From NCBI GenBank assembly GCA_025963875.1, contig JAOPZY010000027.1, positions 1-36,361 on the forward strand: 36,361 nucleotides of DNA, given 5' to 3'. Below are positions 1-11,000 of the stretch, one piece after another; within the stretch, counting starts at the first letter, position 1; each line of letters begins with the position of its first letter. The notes beneath the pieces were generated by a model. It searched no databases. It saw nothing but the letters and a program-made list of their open reading frames with translations, and was not told the DNA's origin. Source of the DNA: Actinomycetota bacterium. Lineage in GTDB: Bacteria; Actinomycetota; CADDZG01; JAHWKV01; JAOPZY01. Position numbers and translations under genes: made by a program.

Positions 1-1421
1 GTGGTGAGGCCGTTGGTCAACTCGCTCACGGGGCCGGTCAGGCCCTGCGCCTGGGACCCGAACGGGGAGCTCACCTGGTCCAGCGTGACGTTGGTGAGCC
101 TGGCCACCTGGTCGAGCTGGTCGGCGAGGATGTTGCTGATGGAGTCGACGTTGGAGAGCGTGTTGTCGACGACGTTGCCGCCAGGCGTGAGGCCCAGCCC
201 CGAAAGCAGGTCCAGCGGACCGGCACCCGCGGAGGAGGGCGGCCCCACCAGCGAGGGAGTGGTCACGGCAGGTGCGCGCTGGGCGCCGCCGCCGGCCGGG
301 CCGGCGGTGACGGCCGACGCCGAGGATGCCTGGTAGAGCACCGACGTGGCCGGCACGCTCTGGACCTGCACCGGTGCAGCGGCGACCGATGCAGAGGCCG
401 ATCTCGACGAGACTGCGGTGCTGGAGGGCGCCGCCGTCGTGGTGAGGGCCGGCGCCATCGTCACGACGGTGGCCACCAGCACGCCCCCCGCGACCTCGGC
501 GATGCGCACGAACGGTGCTGCCATGACCGACGAGCCGGACCCGGCCAGGGCGAGGGCGTCGCGCGCCCGGTCCGATATCCGCTTGACCGACGGGGCCAAG
601 GCCGGGCGCCGCAACAGCGTGGCGATGCGCCCGAGACCCACCAGCGGCGGGAAGAACCCGAAGGCCCGGCCGGCGAACGGGGGCCTGGCGGCGACGCCCA
701 GGCGGGCCTGGCGCCGGCAGTCGGCACAGTGCGCGAGGTGCTCGGCGGCCTCCTCGGAGCGGGCTCCCTGCGGGTTGTCACCGACGAGCCTGAGCACGCG
801 GCGGCAGGTGGCTCTGGCCTCCTCGACGGCCTCGGCGCGGGAGATCTCCATCCGGAACCTGGCCCGCGCCCGGCGCAGGGTGGCCTCGACGCCCCGGGGG
901 TTCGTCCCGACGACCTGAGCGATGTCGGCGTAGGACATGCCCTCCATCTCCCGCATCACGAGGACCGCCCGCTGGCGGGAGGGGAGCGCCTGGAGCGCCC
1001 GGTGGACAACCGTGGCGACCAGGTCCCGGGAGACCGACTCCCAGACGTAGTCGGGGGCAGGGATACCCTCGAGCTCCGGAAGCTCGCCCGGATCGGTCAG
1101 GGCGGGCTGGCGGACGTTGCGCCTGGCCTCGTCGATGCAGAGGTTCTTGGCGATGCGGAGCAGCCAGTGCTCGAACTGGTACTGGCCGTTGAACCGGCCG
1201 AGCGCCTTGAGTGCCCGGACAAAGACCTCCTGGGTGAGGTCCTCGGCACTGGCCCGGCCGTAGGTCAGGTGCGAGACGAAGGAGTAGATACGGGGGTAGT
1301 AGCGCTGGTAGAGGACGGTGGCGGCTTCCTCACGCCCGTGCTGCGCCTCGTGGACGAGCGCCCGGTCGGGCCGGGTGTCGGTGTCGGGCCGAAGGTGAAG
1401 GATGCGTTCTGCTACTGCCAT
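1..1421 (-). CDS. ECF sigma-70 factor fused to a zinc-binding anti-sigma (ZAS/zf-HC2) domain, a probable TM helix and an Ala/Ser/Thr-rich tail; 3' end lies beyond the window
   Basis: Not in the ORF track (no stop in window). Manual translation from ATG at 1421 (GGGGAGGGG RBS): MAVAERILHL...AEDLTQEVFVRALKALGRF...HWLLRIAKNLCIDEARR (region 2), MSYADIAQVVGTNPRGVEATLRRARARF (region 4), then C-x21-HLAHCADC, hydrophobic IAEVAGGVLVATVVTMAPAL; frame still open at the window edge. Confidence 0.9.
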   Translation of the reverse strand, partial: MAVAERILHLRPDTDTRPDRALVHEAQHGREEAATVLYQRYYPRIYSFVSHLTYGRASAEDLTQEVFVRALKALGRFNGQYQFEHWLLRIAKNLCIDEARRNVRQPALTDPGELPELEGIPAPDYVWESVSRDLVATVVHRALQALPSRQRAVLVMREMEGMSYADIAQVVGTNPRGVEATLRRARARFRMEISRAEAVEEARATCRRVLRLVGDNPQGARSEEAAEHLAHCADCRRQARLGVAARPPFAGRAFGFFPPLVGLGRIATLLRRPALAPSVKRISDRARDALALAGSGSSVMAAPFVRIAEVAGGVLVATVVTMAPALTTTAAPSSTAVSSRSASASVAAAPVQVQSVPATSVLYQASSASAVTAGPAGGGAQRAPAVTTPSLVGPPSSAGAGPLDLLSGLGLTPGGNVVDNTLSNVDSISNILADQLDQVARLTNVTLDQVSSPFGSQAQGLTGPVSELTNGLT

Positions 1422-1668
1422 CTATCCCCTCCCCCAACTCCACTGACTCGACTGGCTTGAACGGACGGCCGTACCGGCACGCCCTCCGCACTGGCGGGGC
1501 AGGAGCGTTAGCCTAGCACTTCGGCCCGATTTGCCGCTCGAATTATGCGGGAAATATCCGTAACCACGGGCCCGGATCCCCTTACCCAAAGGCGCGCCTG
1601 ACGCAAACTCAGCGGGTTCGCCTGCACTATTTCGGCAATCCGGCTACCGAACTTGACGGCCCTGCGGC

Positions 1669-2157
1669 TCAGCAGAAATGCTTAGTCGCGGCGGCGAGGG
1701 CAGCTCTGGCGGCAGCTTCGGGGGACTCGACTCGCTCGATGGCGATTTGGACGGCGTCTTCCGCCGGTGGGGCCACCTCCCAGGTGCGGAGCCCGATCAC
1801 AGGCCTGCCCATCTTGAGGGCCAGCCCGATCTCGGACAGAGTCCCGACGCCCCCGCCGACGGCGATCACGGCGTCTGCCGCGCGCACGACGAGGGCGTTG
1901 CGGGCCTCACCCATGCCGGTGGGGATGGCGATGTCGACGAAGGAGTTGGCGTCCTCGCGGGTGGGACCCGGCAGGATCCCAACCGTGGTCCCGCCGGCGC
2001 TGCGCGCCCCGCGGCACGCCGCCTCCATCGCCCCGCCGCCCCCGCCGCACACGAGGATGGCCCCACCGCCGGCGATCAGCGCACCCACCTGGAACGCCGC
2101 TTCTGCGATCTCGGGAGAGGCCCGGCTCGGGCCGATCACGGCTACGTAGATCGCCAC
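1669..2157 (-). CDS. LOG-family (TIGR00725-like) Rossmann-fold nucleotide-binding protein
   Basis: VAVIG start, VCGGGGGAMEAACRGA, TVGILPG, TGMGEARN, GGGVGTLSEI motifs. Confidence 0.88.
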   Translation of the reverse strand: MAIYVAVIGPSRASPEIAEAAFQVGALIAGGGAILVCGGGGGAMEAACRGARSAGGTTVGILPGPTREDANSFVDIAIPTGMGEARNALVVRAADAVIAVGGGVGTLSEIGLALKMGRPVIGLRTWEVAPPAEDAVQIAIERVESPEAAARAALAAATKHFC

Positions 2158-2268
2158 GGCAACGCTGGCCCAGATGTCAGCATGATGAAAATATTGCCAG
2201 AACCCGGTTTCTCACCGACCGCTGGGTATGCTGTTGCCACCCTGCCCACACCATGAGGGGGAACATAT

Positions 2269-2625
2269 ATGGATCTGTCGATCGAAACGGAAAACGTCGG
2301 AGATGCGGTGGTGCTGCACGTCGCCGGTGAGGTGGACGTGTTCACCGCCCCTCAGCTCCGCGAGGCACTGGTCGGCGCCATCGAGGAAGGCAGCCGCGAC
2401 GTCGTCGTGGACCTCCAGGGGGTGGACTTCCTGGACTCCACCGGGCTCGGTGTGCTCGTGGCTGGCCTGAAGCGCGTCCGCCAGTACGGAGGGGACCTCT
2501 CGCTGGTGTGCACCCGCGAGCACATCCTCAAGATCCTCGACATCACCGGCCTCGTGAAGGTGTTGAAGGTCTACGACTCCATCGAGGCGGCCACGTCCGG
2601 CGAAGGCAAGGAACCCGCAGGTTGA
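2269..2625 (+). CDS. STAS-domain anti-sigma factor antagonist (RsbV/BldG-like)
   Basis: [13 protein letters not shown] and [13 protein letters not shown] (phosphorylatable Ser); GAGGGGG RBS; position next to hppA and near topA resembles the Streptomyces bldG region. Confidence 0.93.
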   Translation: MDLSIETENVGDAVVLHVAGEVDVFTAPQLREALVGAIEEGSRDVVVDLQGVDFLDSTGLGVLVAGLKRVRQYGGDLSLVCTREHILKILDITGLVKVLKVYDSIEAATSGEGKEPAG

Positions 2626-2634
2626 GCCGCCGAC

Positions 2635-2683
2635 GTTCTCTGCGAACCATGTTGCGGTTTCCGCGACGCCATGCGCTAAGAAC
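2635..2683. repeat. Imperfect REP-like stem-loop between convergent genes
   Basis: Outer GTTCT/AGAAC and GCG/CGC pairs, internal loop, inner GTTGCGG/CCGCGAC stem (one G-U) around TTT. Confidence 0.5.
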
Positions 2684-2692
2684 CGAGGGCTC

Positions 2693-4981
<2,289 letters not shown>

Positions 4982-5210
4982 GTCGAACGCTCCCTTTTGG
5001 TTTCCGGCCGCTCTCGCCGCCCCACAAACGCGCACGTTCGGCGCACGCCGAACAACAAGATGGCGAGCCCCGCCGTCTCGACGGACCCGACGACCCCCCC
5101 TCCGGCAACCGATTCGGCCCGCGATTGCAGAACGCGGCGGGGATCATACCGAAGTTAGGCCGCGAAAATCTGAGGCGGAAAAAACGGCGTCTGGATTATC
5201 CTCTTGCCTG

Positions 5211-5245
5211 ACCGCTCATCGAGGGAACCGCTCATCGAGGGAACC
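5211..5245 (+). repeat. Exact 16-bp tandem duplication containing the RBS
   Basis: ACCGCTCATCGAGGGA at 5211-5226 and 5227-5242, plus ACC, just before ATG 5247. Confidence 0.9.
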
Positions 5246-5246
5246 C

Positions 5247-5798
5247 ATGGACCGAGCCGAAGCCGTTGCCCTCGTCCGCTCCAAGGCGGAGAAGGAGACG
5301 ACCGTCCGCCACCTCATCACCGTGGAGGGCGTGATGCGGCGCCTGGCGGTCCACTTCGGCGAGGACGCCGACACCTGGGGCCTCGTGGGCCTGTTCCACG
5401 ACATCGACCAGGACCAGACCCACGGCGATCTGGAGCGCCACGCCCGGCTGGGGGCCGAGTGGCTGCGCGAGGCCGGCGTCGACGAGGGGATCATCAACGG
5501 GGTGCTCGCCCACGCCCACGAGCAGTACCGGACCGACCTCGTGTCCCGGGCGATCGTCCCGGCCGACGCCGTCACCGGGTTCCTCGTGGCCTGCGCGCTC
5601 GTCCGTCCCGAGAAGGCGTCCGGCATGAAGGTCTCCTCCTGCAGGAAGAAGCTGAAGGAGCGCTCCTTCGCTCCCGGGGTCAACCGTGACGAGATCCGCG
5701 CGTGCGAGGCGAGCATCGGGTTGAGTGTCGACCAGTTGTTCGCCCTCGGGATCGAGGGCTTGGAGTCGGTGGCGGACGAGGTCGGCCTCACCACCTGA
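5247..5798 (+). CDS. HD-domain (HDIG-like) metal-dependent phosphohydrolase
   Basis: RHLITVEGVMR, WGLVGLFHDID, HARLGAEWL, ACALVRP, KKLKERSFA motifs; GAGGGA RBS. Confidence 0.88.
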   Translation: MDRAEAVALVRSKAEKETTVRHLITVEGVMRRLAVHFGEDADTWGLVGLFHDIDQDQTHGDLERHARLGAEWLREAGVDEGIINGVLAHAHEQYRTDLVSRAIVPADAVTGFLVACALVRPEKASGMKVSSCRKKLKERSFAPGVNRDEIRACEASIGLSVDQLFALGIEGLESVADEVGLTT

Positions 5799-5816
5799 GC
5801 GAGCGGGGCACCCGGG

Positions 5817-6443
5817 TCAGACGGCCGCCCGGCTCGCTTTCCGCCGCCGCACCAGCCACAGGGCGGCGCCCACCACGATCGCCGCCAGCACGGCGTACTC
5901 CAGCGGGCGGGTGTAGGTCAGGACCCTCTGCCAGTTGGCGCCGAGCACGTACCCGGCCACGGTCAGGGCCGTGACCCAGGGAATGCAGCCGAGCACCGTC
6001 AGGAGCGCGAACTTCTTCACGTCCATCTTCGCCACCCCGGCCGGGAGGGAGATGAAGGTGCGGACGACGGGCAGCAGCCGGGAGAAGAACACCGCCGGAG
6101 GGCCGTAGCGGGCGAACCACTCGTCGGCTCGTTCGACGTCGTGGGGTTTGACCAGGATGTAGCGGCCGTACTTCAGGAGCAGGCTGCGGCCCTCCCCCCG
6201 GCCGACGGCGTAGGAAACCAGGGAGCCCGCCAGGTTGGCGACGACGCCCACCACGATCACAGGCACCAGGGACAGGTGGTGCTGGGAGGCGAGCAGGCCT
6301 GCCACCGGCATCGTGATCTCGCTCGGGATCGGGATGCACGCCGACTCGAGCAGCATCAGGGCGAAGACGACGCCGTAGCCCCCCAGCCCGTAGGGGATGA
6401 CGTTCACGACCCACGTCTTGATCGCGTCCAGGAGGTGTGCCAC
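5817..6443 (-). CDS. DedA family membrane protein
   Basis: LESACIPIPSEITMPVAG and FFSRLLPVVRTFISLPAG motifs. Confidence 0.93.
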   Translation of the reverse strand: MAHLLDAIKTWVVNVIPYGLGGYGVVFALMLLESACIPIPSEITMPVAGLLASQHHLSLVPVIVVGVVANLAGSLVSYAVGRGEGRSLLLKYGRYILVKPHDVERADEWFARYGPPAVFFSRLLPVVRTFISLPAGVAKMDVKKFALLTVLGCIPWVTALTVAGYVLGANWQRVLTYTRPLEYAVLAAIVVGAALWLVRRRKASRAAV

Positions 6444-6449
6444 GGCCGA

Positions 6450-6455
6450 AGTCTA
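6450..6455 (-). promoter_or_regulatory. Putative -10 element of a leaderless dedA transcript
   Basis: TAGACT (TANNNT) 6 nt upstream of the GTG start; no SD. Confidence 0.55.
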
Positions 6456-6784
6456 GGCCACGGTCGCTGAGGGCGTGCTGTGACTTATTTCCAGGACGAC
6501 CGTTTGACACTTCGGGATAGATGTCGCATGGTCCCCCAACCGGATTCTCGGGCCTGACGCAATATGGGCACGAACCGGAGCCGGGAATGAGAAGCGGCCG
6601 AACGGTGTTATGTCGGATAGCTACTCTGGGAGCGACGCCGCAGCTACCCTGGCAGAGCAGTCATCTCGGAGGAGCCCCCCCTCCCAGGAAGTCCACCCGT
6701 CCGGCGATTCTTCCAAATTGGTCCAAACTGGGTGGGGAGCAGACAAGACCGGAACAACAGCAGCAGTCAACAATGGAGCACGCT

Positions 6785-9049
6785 ATGGCACAGAAACTCG
6801 TGGTGGTCGAATCCCCCGCCAAGGCCAAGACCATCGAAAAATACCTCGGCAAGGACTACAAGGTCCTGGCCTCGGTCGGCCACATCCGGGACCTCCCCGA
6901 GAGCTCGCTGGGGGTGACGGTCGACAATGGCTTCGCCCTCGAGTACGTGATCAACGAGGACAAGCAGAAGGTCATCGAGGCCATCGCCAAGGCGGCCAAG
7001 CGGGCGGATTCCGTCTACCTCGCCACCGACTACGACCGTGAGGGCGAGGCCATCGCCTGGCACGTCGCCGAAGCTGCGCAGATCCCTCTGGAGAAGCGGA
7101 ACCGGGTGACGTTCACCGAGATCACCCGCCGGGCGGTGACCGAGGCCATCGAGCACCCGCGGGAGATCGACAGCCGCCTGGTCGACGCCCAGCAGGCGCG
7201 CCGGGCCATCGATCGCCTGGTCGGCTACCCCGTCTCGCAACTCCTTTGGAAGAAGATCCGCTACGGCCTGTCCGCCGGGAGGGTCCAGTCGCCGGCGCTG
7301 CGGCTCATCGTGGAGCGCGAGCGGGAGATCCGCGCCTTCGTGCCCATCGAGTACTGGAGCCTGGCTGCCCTGCTGTCGACCGACGCCGGCGAGAACTTCC
7401 TCGCCACGCTGATCCAGATCGGCGATCGCAAGGTGCCGACGAAGATCGACCGCGAGACGGCCATGGACGCCTCCCGCGGCACCAATCCGGACATCCTCAC
7501 CGGCCAGGAGGCCGAGACGCTGAAGGAGGCCCTCCAGGGGGCCAGCTTCGCCGTCGAGGACGTCCGCACCAAGGAGCAGCGCCGCACGCCTCCACCTCCG
7601 TTCATCACCTCGACCTTCCAGCAGGAGGCCTCACGCAAGCTCGGCCTGTCGGCCCGGCGGGCCATGGGCGTGGCCCAGCGCCTCTACGAGGGTGGCTACA
7701 TCACCTACATGCGGACCGACTCGACCTCGATGGCCGCCGAAGCGGTCGCCGAGGCCGCCGGGCTGATCAAGTCGAGCTTCGGCGAACAGTACTGGGCGGG
7801 CCGGTACAAGCACCACGACAAGAAGGTCGCCGGGGCCCAGGAGGCCCACGAGTGCATCCGCCCGACTGCGATGGCGCGGCCCCGCCGCGAGGTCGAGGCC
7901 GAGATCCGCGCCGACGGGGGCCGGGACTCCGAGGCGATGGCCCGGGTCTACGACCTCGTCTGGAAGCGCACGGTCGCGTCGCTGATGTCCCCGGCGGTCT
8001 ACGACCAGGTGTCGGTCGACATCCTGGCCACCCCGGCGTCCGCCAACCCCGTCCGCTATCTCTTCCGGGCCACCGGCTCCACGCTGCGCTTCGACGGCTT
8101 CATCCGCATCTACCTCGAGGGCAGCGACGAAGAGGAGGAGGCCGAGGGCCGCCTCCCGGCCCTCACCGTCGAGCAGGCGCTCCAGCTCCTCGAGCTGCGC
8201 CCCGAGCAGCACTTCACCCAGCCCCCGCCCCGCTACACCGAGGCCTCGCTGGTCAAGGAGCTGGAGGAGCGCGGGATCGGCCGGCCGTCGACGTACGCCT
8301 CGATCATGGGGACCCTCGTCGAGGAGAAGCGCGACTTCACCCACATGGACAACCGGCGGTTCAAGCCCACCGACACCGGCGAGGTCACCACAGACTTCCT
8401 CGCCCGCTACTTCGGCGACCATTTCATGGACTACAAGTTCACATCCGACATGGAGAGCCACCTCGACGAGGTCGCCGAGGGGCGCTACGCCTACCAGCCC
8501 ATGGTCGAGGCCTTCTACCTGCCGCTGCAGGACCGCCTGGCCAGGGGCAGCGAGGTGCCGAAAGAGGAGGTGACCACCGAGGCGACCGATGAGGTCTGCC
8601 CCGAGTGCGGCTCCCCGATGGTGGTGAAGCTCGGCAAGCGCGGGAAGTTCCTCGGCTGCACCAACTACCCGGAGTGCAAGAAGACGCTGCCGATGCCGGG
8701 TCAGGAGCGGGAGGTCCCGGAGCTGCTCGACGAGAAGTGCCCGGACTGCGGCAACCAGCTCGCCAAGCGCAAGGGCCGCTTCGGTCCGTTCATCGGCTGC
8801 TCGACCTATCCCGAGTGCAAGTACATCCAGCGCAAGCCCCGCACCTCGACCGGCATGCCCTGCCCCAAATGCGTCGAAGAGCCGTGCAAGAAGTGCAAGG
8901 CGAAGGGCGTCGAGCCGGCGGAGCTGATCGAGCGGGAGGGCAAGCGCGGGAAGTTCTACGGCTGCAGCCACTACCCCGCCTGCCGCCACACCCAGAACGC
9001 GGATCCCCGGGAGACCAAGCCCGAGGAGCCCGCAGTCGCCGCAGGCTAA
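6785..9049 (+). CDS. topA: DNA topoisomerase I (type IA) with three C-terminal C4 zinc ribbons
   Basis: LVVVESPAKAKTI, ATDYDREGEAIAWH, SAGRVQS, ITYMRTDS (catalytic Tyr), GIGRPSTYA; GGAG RBS before ATG 6785. Confidence 0.97.
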   Translation: MAQKLVVVESPAKAKTIEKYLGKDYKVLASVGHIRDLPESSLGVTVDNGFALEYVINEDKQKVIEAIAKAAKRADSVYLATDYDREGEAIAWHVAEAAQIPLEKRNRVTFTEITRRAVTEAIEHPREIDSRLVDAQQARRAIDRLVGYPVSQLLWKKIRYGLSAGRVQSPALRLIVEREREIRAFVPIEYWSLAALLSTDAGENFLATLIQIGDRKVPTKIDRETAMDASRGTNPDILTGQEAETLKEALQGASFAVEDVRTKEQRRTPPPPFITSTFQQEASRKLGLSARRAMGVAQRLYEGGYITYMRTDSTSMAAEAVAEAAGLIKSSFGEQYWAGRYKHHDKKVAGAQEAHECIRPTAMARPRREVEAEIRADGGRDSEAMARVYDLVWKRTVASLMSPAVYDQVSVDILATPASANPVRYLFRATGSTLRFDGFIRIYLEGSDEEEEAEGRLPALTVEQALQLLELRPEQHFTQPPPRYTEASLVKELEERGIGRPSTYASIMGTLVEEKRDFTHMDNRRFKPTDTGEVTTDFLARYFGDHFMDYKFTSDMESHLDEVAEGRYAYQPMVEAFYLPLQDRLARGSEVPKEEVTTEATDEVCPECGSPMVVKLGKRGKFLGCTNYPECKKTLPMPGQEREVPELLDEKCPDCGNQLAKRKGRFGPFIGCSTYPECKYIQRKPRTSTGMPCPKCVEEPCKKCKAKGVEPAELIEREGKRGKFYGCSHYPACRHTQNADPRETKPEEPAVAAG

Positions 9050-9052
9050 AAG

Positions 9053-9751
9053 ATGGGACCCCTCTTCCTGGTCGTCGAGGGGATGGACGGGGCCGGCAAG
9101 TCGACCCAGATCGAACGCCTTGCCGGCTGGCTGACGCGGGCCGCCTCCCCACCGGTGGTGACCCGGGAGCCGGGGGCGACGGCGATCGGCGGGCGGATCC
9201 GGGAGATCCTGCTCGATCCCGCCAGCGCCGCCATGGACCCGAAGACCGAGGCCCTCCTCTACGCCGCGGACCGGGCGCAGCACGCCGCCGAGGTGATCCG
9301 GCCGGCCCTCGCCGCCGGACGGGTGGTCATCTCCGACCGCTACGTCGACTCGTCGCTCGCCTACCAGGGCCTCGCACGGGGGCTCGGCATCGAGCGCATC
9401 CTCGACCTCAGCATGTGGGCGACCGGCGATCTGCTCCCCGACCTCGTCATCCTCCTGGACGTCGCTCCCGAGCTGGCCCGTGGCCGCTCGGGCGCCACCG
9501 ACCGCATCGAGCTCGAGGGCCAGGCATTCCACCAGCGGGTGGCGGATGCCTACTGGGCGCTCGCCCGCACCTATCCCGACCGCTTCGCCGTCGTCGACGC
9601 CTCCGCGCCGCCCGATGCCATCGAGGGGGAGATCCGCCGCCTCGTCGAGGCCCGTCTCGAGGCCGGGCGGGAAGTCCGCAACGAAAACCGTGTCCACCAC
9701 GGAAAAGGTTGCGGACTTCCGACCGGGGCCGGCCCCCAGGCTCCCTCGTGA
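9053..9751 (+). CDS. tmk: Thymidylate kinase
   Basis: EGMDGAGKSTQ P-loop, TREPG, DRYVDSSLAYQG; GTGA overlap with holB. Confidence 0.96.
   Translation: MGPLFLVVEGMDGAGKSTQIERLAGWLTRAASPPVVTREPGATAIGGRIREILLDPASAAMDPKTEALLYAADRAQHAAEVIRPALAAGRVVISDRYVDSSLAYQGLARGLGIERILDLSMWATGDLLPDLVILLDVAPELARGRSGATDRIELEGQAFHQRVADAYWALARTYPDRFAVVDASAPPDAIEGEIRRLVEARLEAGREVRNENRVHHGKGCGLPTGAGPQAPS
9670..9720. repeat. REP-like palindromic element, copy A (inside the tmk 3' end)
   Basis: Perfect 13-bp arms GGAAGTCCGCAAC/GTTGCGGACTTCC with inner CCGTG/CACGG stem; second copy at 25061-25106. Confidence 0.85.
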
Positions 9752-10875
9752 CCGAGCTCTGGGCCCGCCTCGTCGGCCAGGAGCGGGTGACCGCCACCCT
9801 GCGGGCCGCCGCGGGTCTGCCGGGCGACGCCTACCTCTTCGCCGGCCCCCCCGGCACGGGCAAGGAGGAGGCGGCGAGGGTTTTCGCTGCGGCCATCCTC
9901 TGCCCGGATCACTGCGGGACGTGCACCATCTGCGGGCGGGTGCTCCGGGGCATCCACCCCGACGTCGTGATTCTGGAGCCGGAGGGGTACACGTACCCGA
10001 TCGAGGCCATCCGGGAGGCGGTCTCCCAGGCGGCGCTGTCGCCCATGGAGGGGAAGCGGCGGATCATCGTCGTCGAGGAGGCGGACCGCATCGTCGAGCG
10101 CAGCCAGAACGCCCTCCTCAAGGCGCTGGAGGAGCCGAACCCTTCGGTGACCTGGGTGCTGGTCACCAGCGTCCTCCAGCCGATCCTGCCCACGATCCTG
10201 TCCCGGTGCCGGATCGTCGAGTTCGCTCCCGTCCCCGAAGCCGAGCTGGCGGCCGTGGTCCGTACCAGGGGGGCACTCGATGACGAGGAGGCCGCCGTCC
10301 TCGTCCGAGCGGCGAGAGGTGACCTGGTGCGGGCGATCTCCCTGGTGGAGGACGAGGCCACCCGCGCCCTGCGGACGCTGGCCATCGATGTCGCCATCCG
10401 GCAGGCCGCCGAGCCGAACGCCCGCCGGGCGCTCCAGGCAGCCACCGACGTGCGGCTCGCCGCCACTGCGGCACGGGAGGCGCGGGAGAAGGCCGCCGTG
10501 GTGGAGCTTGCCGAGCTGGAGGAGGTCCTCGGGACCGGCCGCGGCTCGGGCGGGATGCGCCGGCGCCTCGGGGAACGCCAGAAGCGGGCGGTGCGCCGGG
10601 CCGAGACCGATGTGTTCGTGGAGTTCTGCTCCTGGCTGGCCCAGGCCTTCCGGGACCTTGCCGCCCTGTCGGCCGGAGCCGGACCCGAGTCGATCAGCGC
10701 GCCGGACCGGGCCGCCGACCTTGCGGCCGCCGCCGCCCTGCGCCCGACTGCCCACTGGCTGCAGATGGCCGAAGAGGCGCTGGGGGGCCAGGTTGCGATC
10801 CGGGAGAACGCCCAACCCGCCCTCGCCGTCGAGGCGGTCCTGCTGGCCCCGCTCGCGGCGCAGATTACAATCTAG
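9748..10875 (+). CDS. holB: DNA polymerase III delta' subunit
   Basis: AYLFAGPPGTGK, CPDHCGTCTIC zinc module, HPDV, NALLKALEEP, TILSRC; GTG at 9748 overlaps the tmk stop. Confidence 0.93.
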   Translation: MTELWARLVGQERVTATLRAAAGLPGDAYLFAGPPGTGKEEAARVFAAAILCPDHCGTCTICGRVLRGIHPDVVILEPEGYTYPIEAIREAVSQAALSPMEGKRRIIVVEEADRIVERSQNALLKALEEPNPSVTWVLVTSVLQPILPTILSRCRIVEFAPVPEAELAAVVRTRGALDDEEAAVLVRAARGDLVRAISLVEDEATRALRTLAIDVAIRQAAEPNARRALQAATDVRLAATAAREAREKAAVVELAELEEVLGTGRGSGGMRRRLGERQKRAVRRAETDVFVEFCSWLAQAFRDLAALSAGAGPESISAPDRAADLAAAAALRPTAHWLQMAEEALGGQVAIRENAQPALAVEAVLLAPLAAQITI

Positions 10876-10883
10876 GGGTTCCC

Positions 10884-10958
10884 GCCGGAGTAGCTCAGCG
10901 GCAGAGCATTCGCTTCGTAAGCGAGTGGTCGAGGGTTCGATTCCCTCCTCCGGCTCCA
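10884..10958 (+). tRNA. tRNA-Thr (anticodon CGT), CCA encoded
   Basis: Cloverleaf: GCCGGAG/CTCCGGC acceptor, GCTC/GAGC D-stem, TTCGC-TT-CGT-AA-GCGAG anticodon arm, GAGGG-TTCGATT-CCCTC T-arm, TCCA end; TACAAT -10-like at 10866-10871. Confidence 0.97.
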
Positions 10959-11000
10959 TTCCGACCCCTCCGACCGGGGCCAGCCACGAGGCCGCGGCCC

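Noticed and set aside
1597..1607. GCCTGACGCAA (also at 6552) resembling part of a c-di-GMP-I riboswitch
   Set aside because: The other conserved elements and stems were not found; a short match can occur by chance.
7631..9700. Long antisense and alternative-frame ORFs (e.g. 7631-9700, 14380-16905, 25865-27880, 3944-5158)
   Set aside because: Shadow ORFs of well-supported genes, expected from high-GC codon bias; no recognisable motifs.
8605..9747. Apparent long N-terminal extensions on holB, tilS (from 12324), the aminotransferase (from 16482) and panD (from 21954)
   Set aside because: They overlap real upstream genes in another frame; family similarity starts only at the downstream starts given.
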